Shown here piece by piece: positions 14,760 to 17,840 of a stretch of DNA of 17,840 nt. The stretch lies in contig QHTZ01000041.1 of NCBI GenBank assembly GCA_003221005.1, positions 1 to 17,840 on the forward strand, in the 5' to 3' direction. The stretch comes from Gemmatimonadota bacterium. Its GTDB lineage: Bacteria; Gemmatimonadota; Gemmatimonadetes; Gemmatimonadales; GWC2-71-9. The first letter of the stretch is position 1; the number at the start of each line of letters is the position of its first letter. The translations under genes and the position numbers were made by a program. A model generated the notes under the pieces. It had not been told where the DNA came from, ran no database searches, and saw only the letters and a program-made list of their open reading frames with translations.

Positions 14760-15938
14760 GTGACTTTCCGCTTCACCACGGCGGGTGAATCGCACGGACG
14801 CGGCCTCGTGGCGATCCTCGAGGGGATCCCCGCGGGGCTGCCCGTCACCGCCGAGCGCATCAACGCCGAGCTGAAGCGCCGCATGGGCGGGTACGGGCGC
14901 GGCGCGCGCATGAAGATCGAGTCCGACCAGATCGAGTGGCTCGCGGGCGTGCGCGCCGGCGAGACGCTCGGCTCGCCGATCGCGATGCTCGTCTGGAACC
15001 GCGATTGGGAGCACTGGCAGGACGTGATGGCGCCAGAAGCCGACGCCCCGGGAGCGGAGCGGCGCCGCCAGGTGACGCGCCCGCGGCCAGGCCATGCGGA
15101 CCTCGCCGGCGTGCTCAAGTACGACCGCCAGGACGCGCGGGACATTCTCGAGCGCGCGAGCGCGCGCGAAACCGTGGCCCGGGTCGGGTGCGGGGCCGTC
15201 TGCAAGCTGCTGCTCGAGCCCTTCGGGATGGAGATCGGCTCGCACGTGGTGGAGTTGGGAGGCGTGGCCGCGAAATACCCCATGCCACTCCCCAAGCCTC
15301 TGAATGAGGCGTCGGACGCCAGTGCCGTGCGCTGCCTCGACCCGAGTGCCGAGCGGGAAATCATCGCGCGGATCGACGCGGCCAAGGCGGCGGGTGACAC
15401 CCTCGGTGGCGTGGTGGAAGTGGTCGCGCTCGGCGTCCCGGTGGGTCTCGGGTCGCACGTCTCCTGGGACCGCAAGCTGGACGGCCGGCTGGCGCGGGCG
15501 CTGATGTCGATCCCCGCCGTGAAGGGTGTCGAGCTGGGGCTCGGGTTCGACGCCGCGCGCCGCAAGGGGTCCGACGTGCATGACGAGATCCTCCCCGGCC
15601 TCGAGCGCGCGACTAATCGCGCGGGCGGGACGGAGGGCGGGATGACCACCGGGGAGCCGCTCGTGGCGCGTGTCGCGATGAAACCCATTTCCACCCTGAT
15701 GGCCCCACTCCGCACGGTGGATCTGAAGACCGGGGGGCCGGCGCAGGCGCAGTCGGAACGCTCCGACGTGACCGCGGTACCTGCCATGGGAGTGATCGCC
15801 GAGGCGATGGTGGCGCTCGTGCTCGCCGAGGCGATGCTCGAGAAGTTCGGTGGCGACGCCTTGAGCGAGATGACGCGCAACTTCGCGGGATATCAGGCAC
15901 AGCTCTCGGCGCGACTGCCGAAGGGGGCCGCCTCGTGA
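14760..15938 (+). CDS. aroC: Chorismate synthase
   Basis: FTTAGESHG, RPGHAD, ERASARETVARV, SIPAVKGVE, AGGTEGG, MKPISTL, ERSDVTAVPA. GTG start after a GAGGA RBS. Confidence 0.97.
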   Translation: MTFRFTTAGESHGRGLVAILEGIPAGLPVTAERINAELKRRMGGYGRGARMKIESDQIEWLAGVRAGETLGSPIAMLVWNRDWEHWQDVMAPEADAPGAERRRQVTRPRPGHADLAGVLKYDRQDARDILERASARETVARVGCGAVCKLLLEPFGMEIGSHVVELGGVAAKYPMPLPKPLNEASDASAVRCLDPSAEREIIARIDAAKAAGDTLGGVVEVVALGVPVGLGSHVSWDRKLDGRLARALMSIPAVKGVELGLGFDAARRKGSDVHDEILPGLERATNRAGGTEGGMTTGEPLVARVAMKPISTLMAPLRTVDLKTGGPAQAQSERSDVTAVPAMGVIAEAMVALVLAEAMLEKFGGDALSEMTRNFAGYQAQLSARLPKGAAS

Positions 15939-16453
15939 AGCGCCACGTCGTGCTCATCGGCCTCCCAGGCGCTGGGAAGACCACGGTGGGGCAGCTCGTG
16001 GCGGAGCGCCTGCAGGCGGGATTCGTGGACGTCGACACGGTGCTGGTGCGCCGCGAGGGAAGGCCGGTCACTATGATCTTCGCAGAGAAGGGCGAAGGCG
16101 CGTTCCGCGAGCTCGAGCGCAAGGAGATGGAGAGCGCGCTCGCGAACCAGCCGGCGATCATCGCGCCCGGCGGTGGCTGGGCGGCACAGCCCGGCGCCAT
16201 CGAGGGCGCGAAACCTCGGGCTCTGGTGATCTACCTGCGCGCCCGCGCGGACACGGCGGCGCAGCGCGCCGAGCCGCAGGGAACCCGCCCGTTGTTAATA
16301 GGAGAGGATCCGGTGGAGCGGATGCGCCAGCTGCTCAAGGAGCGGGAAGCGGCGTATCTCCAGGCGCACGAGAAGATCGACACCGATCGCAAGACCGCGC
16401 CCGAAGTCGCCGCGGAAGTCGTGAGACTTGCGCAAAGCGCCGCTGGATGGTAA
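15935..16453 (+). CDS. aroK: Shikimate kinase
   Basis: P-loop GLPGAGKTT, IFAEKGEGAFRELE, PGGG, RPLL. GTGA overlap with aroC. Confidence 0.95.
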   Translation: MKRHVVLIGLPGAGKTTVGQLVAERLQAGFVDVDTVLVRREGRPVTMIFAEKGEGAFRELERKEMESALANQPAIIAPGGGWAAQPGAIEGAKPRALVIYLRARADTAAQRAEPQGTRPLLIGEDPVERMRQLLKEREAAYLQAHEKIDTDRKTAPEVAAEVVRLAQSAAGW

Positions 16454-16488
16454 AGATGCCCTCCCTGCTGTTGATGCGAGGTTGATGC

Positions 16489-17840
16489 GTGGCTGCTAAG
16501 AAGCGTGACGTGAATCCTCCGGCTGCACCCCCGCCCAAGCGTCGGTCTCGTGCGAAAGCGACCGCGGCGGGGGACGGCGCCGGCAAGGCAGCCCTTGTCG
16601 TGGTCGAGTCTCCGACCAAGGCGAAGACCATCGGCAAGTACCTGGGCCGCGGCTACACGGTCAAGGCGACGGTGGGGCACGTCCGTGATTTGCCGCAGCG
16701 CGAGCTCGGCGTGGATGTCGACAAGGGCTTCGCCCCGAAGTACGTGACGATCAAGGGCAAGGCGAAGACCCTCTCCGAGATCAAGAAGGCCGCGAAGACC
16801 TCCGACCGGGTGCTCATCGCCACGGACCCCGACCGCGAGGGCGAGGCGATCGCGTGGCACGTAGCCGAGCAGCTGGGGAATGGCGGCAAGGTGCGCCGGG
16901 TGCTGTTCCACGAGATCACCAAGGAAGCGGTCGCCCAGGCGCTCGCGAACCCCGTGGACATCGATCAGAAAAAGGTGGATGCCCAGCAGGCGCGGCGCAT
17001 CCTCGACCGCTTGGTCGGCTACAAGGCGTCGCCGCTCCTCTGGAAGAGCCTCAAGACGGGTCTCTCGGCGGGCCGCGTGCAGACGGTGGCGCTGCGGCTG
17101 ATCGTCGAGCGCGAGGAGGGGATCCGCAAGTTCGTGCCACAGGAATACTGGACGATCGAGGCCGATCTCGAGAAGGACGGTCAGGTCTTCCAGGCGCGGC
17201 TCCACAAGCTCGACGGGCACAAGCCGGAGATCAAGGACGCCGCGAGTGCGCAGGCCATCGTGGACGCGGTGGGGAAGCTCCCCTTCGTCGTCAGCGACGT
17301 CACGCGCAAAGAGCGCAAAAAGCGGCCCCCCGCCCCGTTCACGACCAGCACGCTGCAGCAGGAAGCGGCGAAACAGCTGGGGTTCTCGGCGAAGCGGACG
17401 ATGCGCGCGGCGCAAGCGCTGTATGAAGGCCAGGACGTCGGCGCGGAGGGCCCGGTCGGGCTCATCACCTACATGCGGACCGATTCGACCCGTGTCGCCG
17501 ACTCCGCGATCGCGCAGGCCCGGGACTTCATCAAGGCGCAGTTCGACGAGCGCTACCTCCCGGCCACGCCCAACGTGTATGGCGGGACGCGCGGACAGTC
17601 CCGCGTGCAGGACGCGCACGAGGCGATCCGGCCCACCGACGCGCAGCGGCGCCCCGAAGACCTGAAGGATGCCCTCGAGGCTGACCTGTTCAAGCTGTAC
17701 CAGCTCATCTGGCGGCGCTTCGTGGCATCGCAGATGAACCCGGCCGTGTACGAGACCACCACCGTGGACTTCGACCTCGGCCGCTACCTGTTCCGGGCGA
17801 CCGGCTCGCGGGTCGTGTTCGACGGGTATCACGTGCTGTA
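16489..17840 (+). CDS. topA: DNA topoisomerase I (type IA), partial, runs off the window end
   Basis: Not in the ORF track because there is no stop in the window. GTG 16489 follows GAGGT. LVVVESPTKAKTIGKYLG, ATDPDREGEAIAWH, SAGRVQ, PFTTSTLQQEA, catalytic LITYMRTDS, QDAHEAIRPT. Confidence 0.97.
   Translation, partial: MAAKKRDVNPPAAPPPKRRSRAKATAAGDGAGKAALVVVESPTKAKTIGKYLGRGYTVKATVGHVRDLPQRELGVDVDKGFAPKYVTIKGKAKTLSEIKKAAKTSDRVLIATDPDREGEAIAWHVAEQLGNGGKVRRVLFHEITKEAVAQALANPVDIDQKKVDAQQARRILDRLVGYKASPLLWKSLKTGLSAGRVQTVALRLIVEREEGIRKFVPQEYWTIEADLEKDGQVFQARLHKLDGHKPEIKDAASAQAIVDAVGKLPFVVSDVTRKERKKRPPAPFTTSTLQQEAAKQLGFSAKRTMRAAQALYEGQDVGAEGPVGLITYMRTDSTRVADSAIAQARDFIKAQFDERYLPATPNVYGGTRGQSRVQDAHEAIRPTDAQRRPEDLKDALEADLFKLYQLIWRRFVASQMNPAVYETTTVDFDLGRYLFRATGSRVVFDGYHVL

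Noticed and set aside
1670-17832. Long minus-strand ORFs (e.g. 1670-2746, 9997-12222, 12479-13921, 13931-15880, 16231-17832) and alternate-frame plus-strand ORFs
   Set aside because: These are shadow ORFs expected in high-GC DNA. They overlap well-supported genes and show no recognisable motifs.
1-17840. CRISPR array, tRNA/rRNA, IS element or prophage
   Set aside because: I saw no regularly spaced repeats, RNA-gene signatures, or transposase, integrase or phage genes.

Overview
This is a high-GC chromosomal type IVa pilus (T4aP) locus, with all genes on the + strand. The style suggests Gemmatimonadota, which is my inference. Gene order: 3' end of a TPR-like gene, two tandem near-identical major pilin genes each with its own sigma54-type promoter, a PilS-like kinase, a PilR-like sigma54 activator, minor pilins (fimT/U-pilV-pilW-pilX-like, no pilY1), pilMNOPQ behind a near-consensus sigma70 promoter, an uncharacterised 844-aa probable lipoprotein (Ig-like repeats plus beta-propeller), aroC, aroK and the 5' part of topA. 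Two apparent internal deletions stand out. Pilin copy 1 is fused directly to the 3' arm of what looks like its own terminator. The PilR-like gene lacks the WPGNxREL segment and has its HTH out of frame. Both could be real recent lesions or assembly artefacts. Also notable are a G10 tract in the kinase and a 25-bp YAA-N19-TTR (IHF-like) element that recurs in all four promoter regions. I saw no RNA genes, mobile elements or CRISPR arrays.
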